Shown one piece after another: positions 17,515-27,930 of a stretch of DNA of 64,000 nt. How positions within the stretch are numbered: the first letter of the stretch is position 1; every line of letters starts with the position of its first letter. Source of the stretch: an uncultured Rickettsiales bacterium (GTDB taxonomy: Bacteria; Pseudomonadota; Alphaproteobacteria; Rickettsiales; JABDBP01); assembly GCA_964450945.1 (NCBI GenBank), contig CAYVHI010000001.1, positions 93,316-157,315 of the forward strand, given 5' to 3'. The position numbers and the translations under genes are program-made. Under the pieces are notes generated by a model. The model was not told the origin of the DNA. It worked only from the letters and a program-made list of their open reading frames with translations, and made no database searches.

Positions 17515-17798
17515 TTTTTTTAATCTTTACCTTGAAAAATCTTTGATGGCGGCCATGTTGCCTTTTTGCAACAGAAACTGTTTTCTGTGGCAATTTAGCC
17601 ACGGTTATATGGATTTTAGGGAATTTATTTTTATTATATGTAGGGAAAGTGCTTGCTTGATTAGTTTTTTTGTTTTAAGCAATCATGATGTTGAAAACTA
17701 AACAAGTCAGTGTACTTGTTGAATTTTTGTTTTCACAGTACACTGCACCTTGAAAAAGGTGATTTATTTATAACAACTAATTAATTAGGGGTTTTCTA

Positions 17799-20180
17799 AT
17801 GGTAGATTATATTTTAACTAGTTCACAAACCATAACTGGCTTTAACGTCACTTCTGACGTTATTATTGTTCCATCTGCAGGCGGCAGCGCTAGCGTTGTT
17901 ACTGTAAGCGAAAATGCCGGCGGTACTACTTTTACACTTTCTAACGGTGTAGTAGTTACTGTTGCTGGTGTTACACGCGCTCAGCTTGCTGATACCAACC
18001 TTATCTTCTCAGACGGTTCTCGCGCACGTTTCGGCGATGCAACAACTGATAGCGCGCTTGATGGTATCGGTAACACCGTTGCAGGTACACTTCTTAACGA
18101 TCGTCAGTTTGGTCTTGGTGGGAATGATACTCTCTCTGCTTCAGCAGGTTCAGATTTCATAAACGGTAACCGTGGTAACGATATTTATACTGCTGCTGCT
18201 GATTCAGGCGCAGGTGATAGAATCCTCGGCGGTGCTGATAACGACACAATTGATGGCGCTCTGAACTCTGCATCACAACTTATTTACGGTGGCAATACAA
18301 ATCCTGATGCATTAGACGGCAACGATTCTCTCGTTGGCGGTGCTGGTGCTGACCAGATCTTCGGCGGTCTCGGTGATGATACGCTGGTTGACGGCGCAGG
18401 TGCAGATACGCTTGATGGCCAAGGCGGCAATGATAATATTGGTGCTGCAACAGCTCTTAACGCTGACGGCACAGGTGATGCAATCAACGGCGGCGCTGGT
18501 AATGATACAATTACCCTAGTTGCTGGCGGCGGCACAGAAACAGTTAACGGCGGTGCTGATAATGACAGCATCACCGGTAACAACGGCGCAAACCTTGTTC
18601 TCAACGGTAACGCTGGTAATGATACGATTACAGACGGTGCTGGTTCTCTTGCTACAGTTGGCGGCGGTGCCGGTAATGACAGCATCACTGCAAACGCTGA
18701 TGCTAACGGCGATCTGTTCAAAGGCGCTCTAGGCGATGATACACTTATCAGCGCTAACGCAGCTGGTACAGATACCTTCTTCGGTGGCGGAGGCAATGAT
18801 TCCTTCACAGCTACCACAGGTACTGCAACAACACTAACAATGTCTGGTGACGCTGGTAATGATACCATCACACTCGGCACAGGCGCTATCGGTACTGCAA
18901 ACTTCATCACTGGTGAAGGTACAGATTCTGTGAGCCTGTTCTTTGATGCTGCTGGTACAGACACTGTTAACGTTACAGACTTTACTGCTGGTACAGACCT
19001 CATGCTGATTAACGCTAACGTTAACGCTGCTGGCCTTGCTAACACAACCGGCAACTCTTCTACACTTACAATCAGAAACGCTGGTGACCGCGCAGTAGTC
19101 TCTACAAGCGGCGCTGGTACAATAAACGTACTGAACGGCGCTACATCATCATTAATCGCTTTCAACCTGGGTACAACCGGTGCTAGCGTTACTGGTGGCA
19201 CAGGTGCTGACCTCCTGATCTCTGATTCAGCTGGTGATACATTAACACTAGGTACCGGAAATGATTCGTTCATCGGCGGTGCTGGTAATGACCTTATCAT
19301 CCATGAATCCACAAGCACAGATTCAGGTAGTGCAGGTACTGGTACTGATACAATCAGCATAACAGGCACAACATCTGTAGCTAACTTCGGTGGCGCTATA
19401 ACTGGTGGTGAAGTTATCCTTCTCTCCGGTGCAGGCGGCAGGACCATAGATTTCTCTGGTTCTTACGCAGTCGGCGATATAGCTGCTTCAAGCACTGTTA
19501 CAATTGATGGCGCAGCTTCAACTGGCATCGTAACCATAACATCTACTGCTGATATCGGTACTAAAACTGATATCCGCGGTGGTTCAACTGGTGACAGCAT
19601 CGTTCTTACCAACACAACCACAGCTTCTACAATCAGTGGTAATGATGGTAACGATACACTCACTGGCGGTTCAGCTGCTGACGTACTGAACGGTGGCGCG
19701 AATGATGACCGTCTCTCTGGTGCGGCTGGTAATGATACATTAACCGGCGGTACAGGTATTGACAGCTTGAACGGTGGCGCAAACAACGACGTCTTCAGGT
19801 ATGCTACCGGTGATGCGGTTGCAGCTCCTGCTGTTGGCCAGATCGAAGTTGCTGCTGACTATACAGATGCAACTGACAAGATCATGTTCCAGGGCGTTAC
19901 ATCAAGCTGGACATTCGGCACAAACAACCTGACAACAGCTGACCCAACAATCGCTGCAGTTCTGGCTCTCAACTCAACAGCTAACTCTGTTCTTGCTGTG
20001 AACCTGAACAACGCATCTCAGACAGCTTTAACCGGTATCGGTGGCTTTGGTCTGAACGCTGCGAACGGCGATGACATCATCGTTATCAATGATGGCACCA
20101 ACAAGTTTGCCATATTTGTTGACGGTGCTGCTGCACTTACACTGACAACCTTTGCTGATATGTTCCAAGACTTTGCTTAA
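17799..20180 (+). CDS. RTX-type calcium-binding repeat protein (probable T1SS substrate)
   Basis: 793 aa with dozens of GGxGxDxUx nonapeptides (GGAGNDTI, GGLGDDTL, GGANDDRL). It is acidic and Cys-free, and the C-terminus is unstructured. Confidence 0.85.
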   Translation: MVDYILTSSQTITGFNVTSDVIIVPSAGGSASVVTVSENAGGTTFTLSNGVVVTVAGVTRAQLADTNLIFSDGSRARFGDATTDSALDGIGNTVAGTLLNDRQFGLGGNDTLSASAGSDFINGNRGNDIYTAAADSGAGDRILGGADNDTIDGALNSASQLIYGGNTNPDALDGNDSLVGGAGADQIFGGLGDDTLVDGAGADTLDGQGGNDNIGAATALNADGTGDAINGGAGNDTITLVAGGGTETVNGGADNDSITGNNGANLVLNGNAGNDTITDGAGSLATVGGGAGNDSITANADANGDLFKGALGDDTLISANAAGTDTFFGGGGNDSFTATTGTATTLTMSGDAGNDTITLGTGAIGTANFITGEGTDSVSLFFDAAGTDTVNVTDFTAGTDLMLINANVNAAGLANTTGNSSTLTIRNAGDRAVVSTSGAGTINVLNGATSSLIAFNLGTTGASVTGGTGADLLISDSAGDTLTLGTGNDSFIGGAGNDLIIHESTSTDSGSAGTGTDTISITGTTSVANFGGAITGGEVILLSGAGGRTIDFSGSYAVGDIAASSTVTIDGAASTGIVTITSTADIGTKTDIRGGSTGDSIVLTNTTTASTISGNDGNDTLTGGSAADVLNGGANDDRLSGAAGNDTLTGGTGIDSLNGGANNDVFRYATGDAVAAPAVGQIEVAADYTDATDKIMFQGVTSSWTFGTNNLTTADPTIAAVLALNSTANSVLAVNLNNASQTALTGIGGFGLNAANGDDIIVINDGTNKFAIFVDGAAALTLTTFADMFQDFA

Positions 20181-20204
20181 GTCTGTACGGGCATAATAGC
20201 CAAT

Positions 20205-20235
20205 AAAAAGGGCGCCTTCGGGCGCCTTTTTTATT
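20205..20235 (+). terminator. intrinsic terminator after the RTX gene
   Basis: AAAAAGGGCGCC-TTCG-GGCGCCTTTTTT. Confidence 0.75.
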
Positions 20236-20305
20236 TCCATCATCTTATATATCTTGCCAATAAACCCAGCTGACCAGCCTTATCAGGGATTCTGCTACCC
20301 ACTAC

Positions 20306-22072
20306 CTAAAACTCTTTCATCTTTTCCGCTTCTTCCAGTTTTGCAATGGTTGCTGGGGAAACAGTCTTTACCAGGCGCTGTGAAGGAAGAATAATGGTAA
20401 CTTTTGTGCCTACGCCCTCAATGCTTTCAAGTTTGAGCTTACCGCCATGCATCTCGGTAAACATCTTTGAAAGTGGCAGGCCAAGCCCTGTACCGCCCCT
20501 CTCCTTATCACCATGTTTCTCAATCTGCCCAAATACTGATAATGCTTTTGGAATATCATCCTCAGCAATACCAACACCTGTATCTGAGACAGTCATGATA
20601 AAATTTCTATTACTATCCAGAAGGCAGTTTATATGTATATTGCCGCCCCTTTCAGTGAATTTGATGGAATTGGAAAGCAGGTTTATAAGTACCTGCTTAA
20701 TTTTCCTCTCATCAGCGCGCAATTGCGGCATACCTTCCTGAACGGTGCTGTTGATCTTTATTCCTTCAGCTTTTGCCCTCTCATTGAACATGCGGATACT
20801 TTCGCTTACAACTTTGGCAACATCTATATTTGATTCCTTAAGTTCGACCTTTCCGGCCTCTCCTTTCGAGAATTCAAGTATATCGTTTATCAGTTCCAGC
20901 AGGTGCTTACCGCACATATGCACATCGGTAATGCGCTCTTTCTGCTTAGCGTTTAGGGTACCGAAATAACCGGCACTCATCATTTCCGAAAATCCTATTA
21001 TGGCATTAAGCGGAGTTCTTAGCTCATGGCTCATATTGGCAAGGAATTCGCTTTTCGCCTGGCTTGCCATGATGGCTGTACGCTCGGAGCGCTGCACCAC
21101 CCCCATCTGCCTTGCCATTACCAGCACGAAATAGGAAATAACACTGGTAAACAGGATAAGTATCACTAGGTATATAACATCGTTTATCCTGTCAAATTTC
21201 CACGCCTTAAAAATATCATCACCGCAAGTTTTTACTGCTATCAGTATTTTAAGGTTAGGTATAGTTTTTAAGGTATAAAGGGCGTAAGGGCCTTTATCAT
21301 CCTTTTCCTTGGTAAACATCCTCGTTTCATGGAGTTTGTTGATATCGGCGGTATCAAGGATCTTCCTGAAATACTCCTTCTGCGGGGTATCAAACTGGTT
21401 TATCAGCTCCTGTATTTCATCATTCCCGCTATAGAGGATAGCCATCTTGCTTTTCTTGTCTTTTTCTACAGAATTGAAGAATCCTGTCAGGTATTTATTG
21501 TCAACAAGGGCCACCATGATGCCACCAAAACTGCCGTTGATGTTGTCAATCCTGCGGCTCATCAGCACCAGGCCACGTTCTGATATCCATTTATCCTTTG
21601 ATACATCAAAAAACATATCTACATCCTTTGAATCCTTAAGGATGTAGAATAATTTCTTATCTTCCAGCGTTTCTTTGCCCTCCAGCCAGGTTTCATAACC
21701 CCTTTTACGGTAAATAGTCTTTATGGTTCCGTGCTCATCTGTCATCAACATACCGGAGATCTGGGGGGTTTCATCCACCCACACCATAAAATTATTTAGT
21801 ATGTCATCATTAAGTTTGTTGCCGAACAGCTGGTTGAAATATTGTCTCTCTACCGCCCTTTTCAGCACCATGTCCACCGCAAGATAGGTCAACTCCACAT
21901 GGTCAGAGAATATCCTGGAAAGGCGCTCGGCATTTACTCTTCCATCAGCCACAGCCTTTTCGCGTCCGGTTATGCCCCTGTAGACAAGCAGAACTGAATT
22001 AAGCACGATAAGCACACAGCTGATTATTATAATCAGCTTTGCAACCTGTTGTTTTGTTTCTGCCTTCGTCAC
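20306..22072 (-). CDS. sensor histidine kinase with periplasmic sensor domain
   Basis: Two TM segments flank a ~270-aa extracytoplasmic domain. HisKA box FLANMSHELRTPLNAI and the HATPase G-boxes (GGTGLGLPLSK) are present. No adjacent response regulator. Confidence 0.85.
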   Translation of the reverse strand: MTKAETKQQVAKLIIIISCVLIVLNSVLLVYRGITGREKAVADGRVNAERLSRIFSDHVELTYLAVDMVLKRAVERQYFNQLFGNKLNDDILNNFMVWVDETPQISGMLMTDEHGTIKTIYRKRGYETWLEGKETLEDKKLFYILKDSKDVDMFFDVSKDKWISERGLVLMSRRIDNINGSFGGIMVALVDNKYLTGFFNSVEKDKKSKMAILYSGNDEIQELINQFDTPQKEYFRKILDTADINKLHETRMFTKEKDDKGPYALYTLKTIPNLKILIAVKTCGDDIFKAWKFDRINDVIYLVILILFTSVISYFVLVMARQMGVVQRSERTAIMASQAKSEFLANMSHELRTPLNAIIGFSEMMSAGYFGTLNAKQKERITDVHMCGKHLLELINDILEFSKGEAGKVELKESNIDVAKVVSESIRMFNERAKAEGIKINSTVQEGMPQLRADERKIKQVLINLLSNSIKFTERGGNIHINCLLDSNRNFIMTVSDTGVGIAEDDIPKALSVFGQIEKHGDKERGGTGLGLPLSKMFTEMHGGKLKLESIEGVGTKVTIILPSQRLVKTVSPATIAKLEEAEKMKEF

Positions 22073-22257
22073 AATATATAACAGCCTATAAAAGACCCAC
22101 TTGTATAATAATTTTTACTAAGTAGAATCGTTTTTCTTCACGGGGTAGTAATATCCCTTCTCAGGGTTTTTTACCACCTGTTGAATACTTGATTAAACAA
22201 TATTTTAGTTAACAGAAGGTTAATTATTACAGTTTTATTACAGTTTTTTTTATTTTT

Positions 22258-23775
22258 ATGGTTTCGCACGTAAAAACCTTTACTTTTCAAGGTATTGATG
22301 TAACAGAGGTGGATGTCCAGGTCCATATTGGAACAGGGTTACCGGCATTTACCATCGTTGGGCTTGCAGATAAAGCGGTTGCTGAATCAAAAGAACGTGT
22401 AAGGGCGGCGCTTAGTTCTTTGGGTATGGCATTACCAGCAAAACGGATAACCATAAACCTTTCCCCGGCTGATCTGGCTAAGGAAGGCAGCCATTTCGAT
22501 TTACCTATCGCCCTTGGGATTCTCCTTGAAATACAAATGTTTAATGAGTCGGCCATAGAAGATTACTATGTTTTAGGTGAATTATCGCTGGATGGCGGTA
22601 TATTACCGGTCACAGGAACTATCCCAGCAGCTATGGGCGCTCTTGAGCGCGGTAAGGGTTTAATCTGCCCTGCTGCTAATGGATCAGAGGCACGCTGGGC
22701 GGGTGACCTACCTATACTTGCTCCCCCTCACCTGTTATCGCTCTTAAACCACTTCAAGAACACTCAGGTTTTACCTATACCATCGCTTCCAGATAATAAG
22801 ACTGATGAAAAAAAAGATTATCCTGATATATCCGAAATTATTGGCCAGGAAACTGCTAAAAGAGCACTGGAGATTGCTGCTGCAGGTGGCCATAATTTAC
22901 TTATGATTGGCCCTCCAGGTTCAGGAAAATCAATGCTAGCGAAGGCATTGAAGGGCATACTCCCCAGGCTTGATTCAAAAGAAATATTGGAAGTAAGCAT
23001 GATAAACAGCATTACCGGAAATATCATAAACGGTCAGCTTTCTGCAAGCCGCCCATTCCGTGATCCACACCATTCATGCTCCATGGCCGCCATGATTGGC
23101 GGTGGAACAAAGGCAAAACCGGGAGAGGTAACTTTAGCCCATAACGGCATTTTATTTCTTGATGAATTGCCAGAATTTCCGCGAACTGTGCTTGATTCAC
23201 TCCGTCAGCCTCTAGAGAACCATAAGGTAATGGTTGCACGTGTGAACGCACACATAACTTACCCGGCAAACTTCCAGTTTATCGCTGCCATGAATCCGTG
23301 CCGCTGTGGCTATCTGAGTGATGCAAGCAAGGCATGCAGCAAAGTTCCTAAGTGCGGCGAAGAATATCAAACACGTCTTTCCGGCCCTTTACTTGACCGT
23401 ATTGATATGACTATTGAGGTTCCGGCGGTGGAAGTTCAGTCTATTATGAATAATCAAAATAACAAGTCAGAAAAATCAGAAAAAGTGGCAGAAAGAGTCT
23501 CTTTTGCCCGTGCCTTACAACAGAAACGTTATAAAAACTCTGCCCGCACAAATTCTGAAGCAGATGGGGATGTTTTGTCAGAGGCCACTGCGCTTGATGC
23601 AGAAAGCCGCCAGCTGGTCATAGATGCGGTTGAAAAGATGGGTATTTCAATGCGTGCTTATAATAAGGTTCTTCGCGTTGCCCGCACTATTGCTGATCTT
23701 GAGAACTCCGAAAAAATTGCTAAAAATCATATAGCTGAAGCCCTAAGCTATCAAAGGGCTTTTGCTGGGAAATAA
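22258..23775 (+). CDS. comM: YifB/ComM-family Mg-chelatase-like ATPase
   Basis: Lon-like N-terminal domain, Walker A GPPGSGKS, and GILFLDELPEF. The length is typical of the family. Confidence 0.9.
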   Translation: MVSHVKTFTFQGIDVTEVDVQVHIGTGLPAFTIVGLADKAVAESKERVRAALSSLGMALPAKRITINLSPADLAKEGSHFDLPIALGILLEIQMFNESAIEDYYVLGELSLDGGILPVTGTIPAAMGALERGKGLICPAANGSEARWAGDLPILAPPHLLSLLNHFKNTQVLPIPSLPDNKTDEKKDYPDISEIIGQETAKRALEIAAAGGHNLLMIGPPGSGKSMLAKALKGILPRLDSKEILEVSMINSITGNIINGQLSASRPFRDPHHSCSMAAMIGGGTKAKPGEVTLAHNGILFLDELPEFPRTVLDSLRQPLENHKVMVARVNAHITYPANFQFIAAMNPCRCGYLSDASKACSKVPKCGEEYQTRLSGPLLDRIDMTIEVPAVEVQSIMNNQNNKSEKSEKVAERVSFARALQQKRYKNSARTNSEADGDVLSEATALDAESRQLVIDAVEKMGISMRAYNKVLRVARTIADLENSEKIAKNHIAEALSYQRAFAGK

Positions 23776-23831
23776 TTACGTGGGAGCGGTTGCGCGGAGC
23801 GACCAGGAAAATAACTTAACTTAGAAATACT

Positions 23832-25169
23832 ATGAACACCATATTTGCACTATCATCAGCTCCCGGAAAGGCTGGCGTTGCGGTTTTCCGAATTTCCGGA
23901 AACAAGGCTGTTACCGCCCTTAAGAATCTAGGTATAAAGAAAAGGTTAAAGCCACGGCACGCGACTCTTGTTGAGCTGAAGACAGTGAAGGGCCAGGTTA
24001 TTGATAAAGGCTTGGCTATTTATTTTCCTGGCCCCAACAGTTTCACCGGGGAAGACGTGGTGGAGCTTCATGTACATGGCAGCCGGGTAGTGGTAAAAAT
24101 GCTTGCAAGCGAACTTTCATCCATGAACGGGATACGGCAGGCAGAGCCGGGAGAATTTACCCGCCGTGCACTGGAAAACGGCAAAATGGACTTGCTGGAG
24201 ACTGAAGGTTTGGCTGATCTTATAAATGCTGAAACCGCCATGCAGCATAAACAGGCACTACGCCAGATGGGCGGTGAGCTTTCAAAAACATATGAGGATT
24301 GGCGGCAGCAGATAATTAAGTCTCTTGCCCATCTTGAGGCCTATATTGATTTTCCGGATGAAGACCTGCCGGAGGATGTTGAGGCCGGGATCTTAGAAAC
24401 GGTTGAGGCGCTGAAATCCTCGATAAAAAGCCATCTTAATGATAACCGGCGCGGCGAATTGCTGAGAAGCGGGCTTTACGCCACCATTATAGGCTCTCCT
24501 AATGTTGGCAAGTCATCACTTCTCAATTATCTGGCGAAACGTGATGTCGCCATTGTTTCCCATATAGCAGGAACCACCCGCGATGTAATAGAGGTTCACC
24601 TTGATATTGCGGGTTACCCAATCACAATAGCCGATACCGCAGGGCTTAGAGAAACCGAAGATATCATAGAATCAGAAGGCGTAAGGAGAGCTAAAGACCG
24701 CGCCGGCGCTTCCGATATGAAAATAATAATGTTTGATGGGCTGGAGATAAAAAATCCTGATAAATCGATAATCGATCTTATTGACGAGAATTCCATAATC
24801 CTGGTCAATAAAATTGATGTCATCCCCCTCTCCTCTTCAGCTGAAATAAAGGGGAAGCAGGCCATTCCTGTTTCAGTAAAAACCGGCTCTGGGTTGAAGG
24901 ATTTCTTGCGTGCATTAGAAGAAAAACTGACGGAAAAAATGTCCATTTCATATGAACCGGCATTAACGCGGGAACATCACCGCAAGAATCTTGAAGGTTG
25001 TGTAAAGCAGCTGGAAAGCTATGTAGGAAGCCGTAAATCTGGTGCAGCTATTGAACTTTGTGCCGAAGAACTCCGCCTTGCATCAAGCTATATAGGCAGG
25101 ATAACCGGCAGGATAACCCTAGATGAAGTTTTAGATACGCTATTTAAAAGTTTCTGTATAGGAAAGTAG
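23832..25169 (+). CDS. mnmE: tRNA modification GTPase MnmE
   Basis: G-domain GSPNVGKSSLLN and DTAG motifs, with the C-terminal FCIGK signature. Confidence 0.93.
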   Translation: MNTIFALSSAPGKAGVAVFRISGNKAVTALKNLGIKKRLKPRHATLVELKTVKGQVIDKGLAIYFPGPNSFTGEDVVELHVHGSRVVVKMLASELSSMNGIRQAEPGEFTRRALENGKMDLLETEGLADLINAETAMQHKQALRQMGGELSKTYEDWRQQIIKSLAHLEAYIDFPDEDLPEDVEAGILETVEALKSSIKSHLNDNRRGELLRSGLYATIIGSPNVGKSSLLNYLAKRDVAIVSHIAGTTRDVIEVHLDIAGYPITIADTAGLRETEDIIESEGVRRAKDRAGASDMKIIMFDGLEIKNPDKSIIDLIDENSIILVNKIDVIPLSSSAEIKGKQAIPVSVKTGSGLKDFLRALEEKLTEKMSISYEPALTREHHRKNLEGCVKQLESYVGSRKSGAAIELCAEELRLASSYIGRITGRITLDEVLDTLFKSFCIGK

Positions 25170-25171
25170 CC

Positions 25172-25879
25172 TTATCCATGGCCTGGGCGCTGTACACCGA
25201 AATTCTTTTCTTTTACCGCCATAGCCTCCTGAACCTCTTTTGCCATATATACAACAGCCTCTTTACCTTTCAGTGATGGATGCCAGTGGTTAGGGCTGGA
25301 ATAGACGCAACTGCCGTCTGCCGGGATTGGCACTATACCCTCTGCATCACAAATCGCATTAAGGCCGTTCCTTATAAGGTCGGCCAGTGCTGCTGGCGGC
25401 GCACCAGCAATTTTAACAAGCGGGACTGTAAAATTCATAATCTGCCCTATATCTTTATCATACGCAGGTTCTGCATTAACAAACACTGCGGTGTGTATCA
25501 TCTTTAGTTTTTGTTGGATTCTTGCCAGATCTTCACGGCTGGTTATACCCCGAAAACTAAAATGGCACGCTCTTGTTTCATCATCATAGCGGTATTGATC
25601 TGGCCCTTCGCCCGGGGAATCTTTATTCCTTGCCCTGCTCTTTAATACTTCTGCGGTTAATTTTATCCCTATATCAGGAATTTTATCTATTCCAAGTTTC
25701 ATCCCTTCAATTAATCCATCTAAATGGCATGCGGCCGCCATAACCCCGTAAATAGCATGAGCTTCCTTTTCCGATACCCCGCGTATAGTAAATTGGCCAT
25801 CAACTTTTACACCAGTGCGCTTGGCATCAAATTCATCATAGGCAGCCTGAAAATAGCTTGCCACACTTCCTTTTGCCAT
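25172..25879 (-). CDS. hypothetical protein
   Basis: 235-aa ORF convergent with mnmE. No family recognised. Confidence 0.45.
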   Translation of the reverse strand: MAKGSVASYFQAAYDEFDAKRTGVKVDGQFTIRGVSEKEAHAIYGVMAAACHLDGLIEGMKLGIDKIPDIGIKLTAEVLKSRARNKDSPGEGPDQYRYDDETRACHFSFRGITSREDLARIQQKLKMIHTAVFVNAEPAYDKDIGQIMNFTVPLVKIAGAPPAALADLIRNGLNAICDAEGIVPIPADGSCVYSSPNHWHPSLKGKEAVVYMAKEVQEAMAVKEKNFGVQRPGHG

Positions 25880-26018
25880 ATCTGTTTCCGTTTTTATTAA
25901 ATATTAATAACTTATGATTAATAAATCGTTAACACTAAAGAGTAAGCTTTTGCTTGGAAAATGCCATGGTTTGTGCTAAATACCTTCCGGTCATGAAAAA
26001 GGGTGACAATATTTAAAT

Positions 26019-26034
26019 TGTTCCACGTGGAACA
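26019..26034. promoter_or_regulatory. parS centromere site
   Basis: TGTTCCACGTGGAACA is a perfect 16-bp palindrome matching the parS consensus TGTTNCACGTGAAACA. It lies 4 nt upstream of mnmG. Confidence 0.85.
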
Positions 26035-26037
26035 TTA

Positions 26038-27924
26038 GTGGCAAATCCAGGTTATATGCACAGTTTTGACGTTATAGTTATAGGCGGCGGGCATGCCGGC
26101 TGCGAAGCGGCTGCGGCTTCTGCGCGTGTTGGAGCTAAAACCCTCCTAATAACCAAGGAATTTTCTAAAATCGGCGAAATGAGCTGCAATCCTGCATTCG
26201 GCGGCATAGCAAAAGGCACGCTAGTGCGTGAAATTGATGCGCTTGATGGTGTAATGGCAAGGGCAGTTGATAAGGCTGGAATCCATTATAAAATGCTTAA
26301 CGCCAGCAAAGGCCCTGCTGTCTGGGGCCCAAGGGCACAGGCAGACCGCAAATTATACCGCAATGCCATGCAGCAGATAATGCGCGAACAGGAAAACCTT
26401 ACAATCCTTGAAGGCTCAGCCGAAGAATTACTCCTTGATGAAAATAAAGCTATACGCGGCGTTACCATGGCAGATGGCTCGGAGATTTCAGCTCCGAAGG
26501 TAGTTCTTACAACAGGAACATTCCTGCGTGGCCTTATCCATATCGGCGAGAAGAAAATAAGCGCTGGGCGCGTAAATGAGCCCCCTTCCCTTGGGCTTTC
26601 TGATAGCCTGGAGAAAATTGGCTTTGCACTCGGCAGGCTTAAAACCGGCACTCCTCCCCGTCTTGACGCTAAAACCATAGACTGGGCATCACTGGAATCA
26701 CAGCCGGGCGATAACCCTCCCCGTCCCTTCTCATACCTTACAAAGAAAGTTGAAGTCCCGCAGATCCATTGTCACATAACACATACTTCAAAAGAAACTC
26801 ATGAAATAATAAAGGCAAACGTTCACCGTTCGCCTATGTATTCCGGGCAGATAAAGAGCACCGGGCCACGTTATTGCCCATCAATTGAGGATAAGATCGT
26901 GCGCTTTGCCGATAAGGAACGTCACCAGATATTCCTGGAGCCGGAAGGTCTGGATGATGATACGATTTACCCAAATGGCATCTCCACATCACTGCCGGAA
27001 GAAGTCCAGCTTGATATAATTAAAACCATTCCTGGTTTAGAGAGAGCAGTAATGCTCCGCCCCGGCTATGCGATTGAATATGATTTTGTTGACCCGCGCG
27101 AGTTGAAGCCAACTTTGGAAACAAAACGCTGTAAAGGTCTATATCTTGCCGGCCAGATAAACGGCACCACAGGATATGAAGAAGCCGGCGGGCAGGGGAT
27201 TATAGCCGGTATAAACGCGGCTATTTCTGCTGGAGGTTCAAAGGAAAATTTCACGGTAGATCGTTCGGAAAGCTATATCGGGGTTATGATTGATGATTTA
27301 ATTACTCTTGGCACCAGCGAACCTTACCGCATGTTTACATCACGGGCGGAATACAGGCTTTCCATGCGCTCAGATAATGCAGATTTCCGTCTTACTGAGA
27401 AAGGCATGAAAGCAGGCTGTATTGCAAGCGAGAGAACAAAATTCTTCACTGAAAAATTAAATGTATATAAAAAGACAAAAGAAATACTAAACACAGTAAA
27501 GATTTCCCCGAACGAGGCTGCAAAGCACGGCATAAATATAAATCAGGATGGCGTGCTGCGCTCAGGCATGGCTTTACTTTCCTACCCCGGCATACGTTTA
27601 TCCAGCCTGAAATATCTCTGGCCGGAACTAAGCAGCTGTAAAAGGCCAGATGTGGTTGAGCAGCTGGAGATCGAAGCGCTTTACGCAGGTTATCTTGAAC
27701 GCCAGCAGATGGATATTTCTCAATTCAAGAAAGAAGAAAATACAATTATTCCAGAGCGTTTCAGTTTTGATGGAATAAGCGGGCTTTCAAATGAACTGAG
27801 AGAAAAACTAAAGAAGATAAAACCCGCTACAATCGGTGCTGCCAGCCGTATTCCCGGCATGACCCCAGCTGCAGTAACCATTCTTTTAATCCAGCTTAGA
27901 AAATTTGAAAAAGCCGCGGCCTAA
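26038..27924 (+). CDS. mnmG: tRNA uridine 5-carboxymethylaminomethyl modification enzyme MnmG
   Basis: FAD-binding motif [15 protein letters not shown] and full-length GidA-like sequence. GTG start (alternative ATG at 26056). Confidence 0.93.
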   Translation: MANPGYMHSFDVIVIGGGHAGCEAAAASARVGAKTLLITKEFSKIGEMSCNPAFGGIAKGTLVREIDALDGVMARAVDKAGIHYKMLNASKGPAVWGPRAQADRKLYRNAMQQIMREQENLTILEGSAEELLLDENKAIRGVTMADGSEISAPKVVLTTGTFLRGLIHIGEKKISAGRVNEPPSLGLSDSLEKIGFALGRLKTGTPPRLDAKTIDWASLESQPGDNPPRPFSYLTKKVEVPQIHCHITHTSKETHEIIKANVHRSPMYSGQIKSTGPRYCPSIEDKIVRFADKERHQIFLEPEGLDDDTIYPNGISTSLPEEVQLDIIKTIPGLERAVMLRPGYAIEYDFVDPRELKPTLETKRCKGLYLAGQINGTTGYEEAGGQGIIAGINAAISAGGSKENFTVDRSESYIGVMIDDLITLGTSEPYRMFTSRAEYRLSMRSDNADFRLTEKGMKAGCIASERTKFFTEKLNVYKKTKEILNTVKISPNEAAKHGININQDGVLRSGMALLSYPGIRLSSLKYLWPELSSCKRPDVVEQLEIEALYAGYLERQQMDISQFKKEENTIIPERFSFDGISGLSNELREKLKKIKPATIGAASRIPGMTPAAVTILLIQLRKFEKAAA

Positions 27925-27930
27925 GTTTTT

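Noticed and set aside
18284-19447. 387-aa ORF on the - strand inside the RTX gene (also 19463-19786).
   Set aside because: It is the antisense mirror of Gly/Ala/Asp-rich repeats and gives a Pro/Ser/Val low-complexity product. The sense strand has a clear RTX nonapeptide pattern, an RBS context and a terminator.
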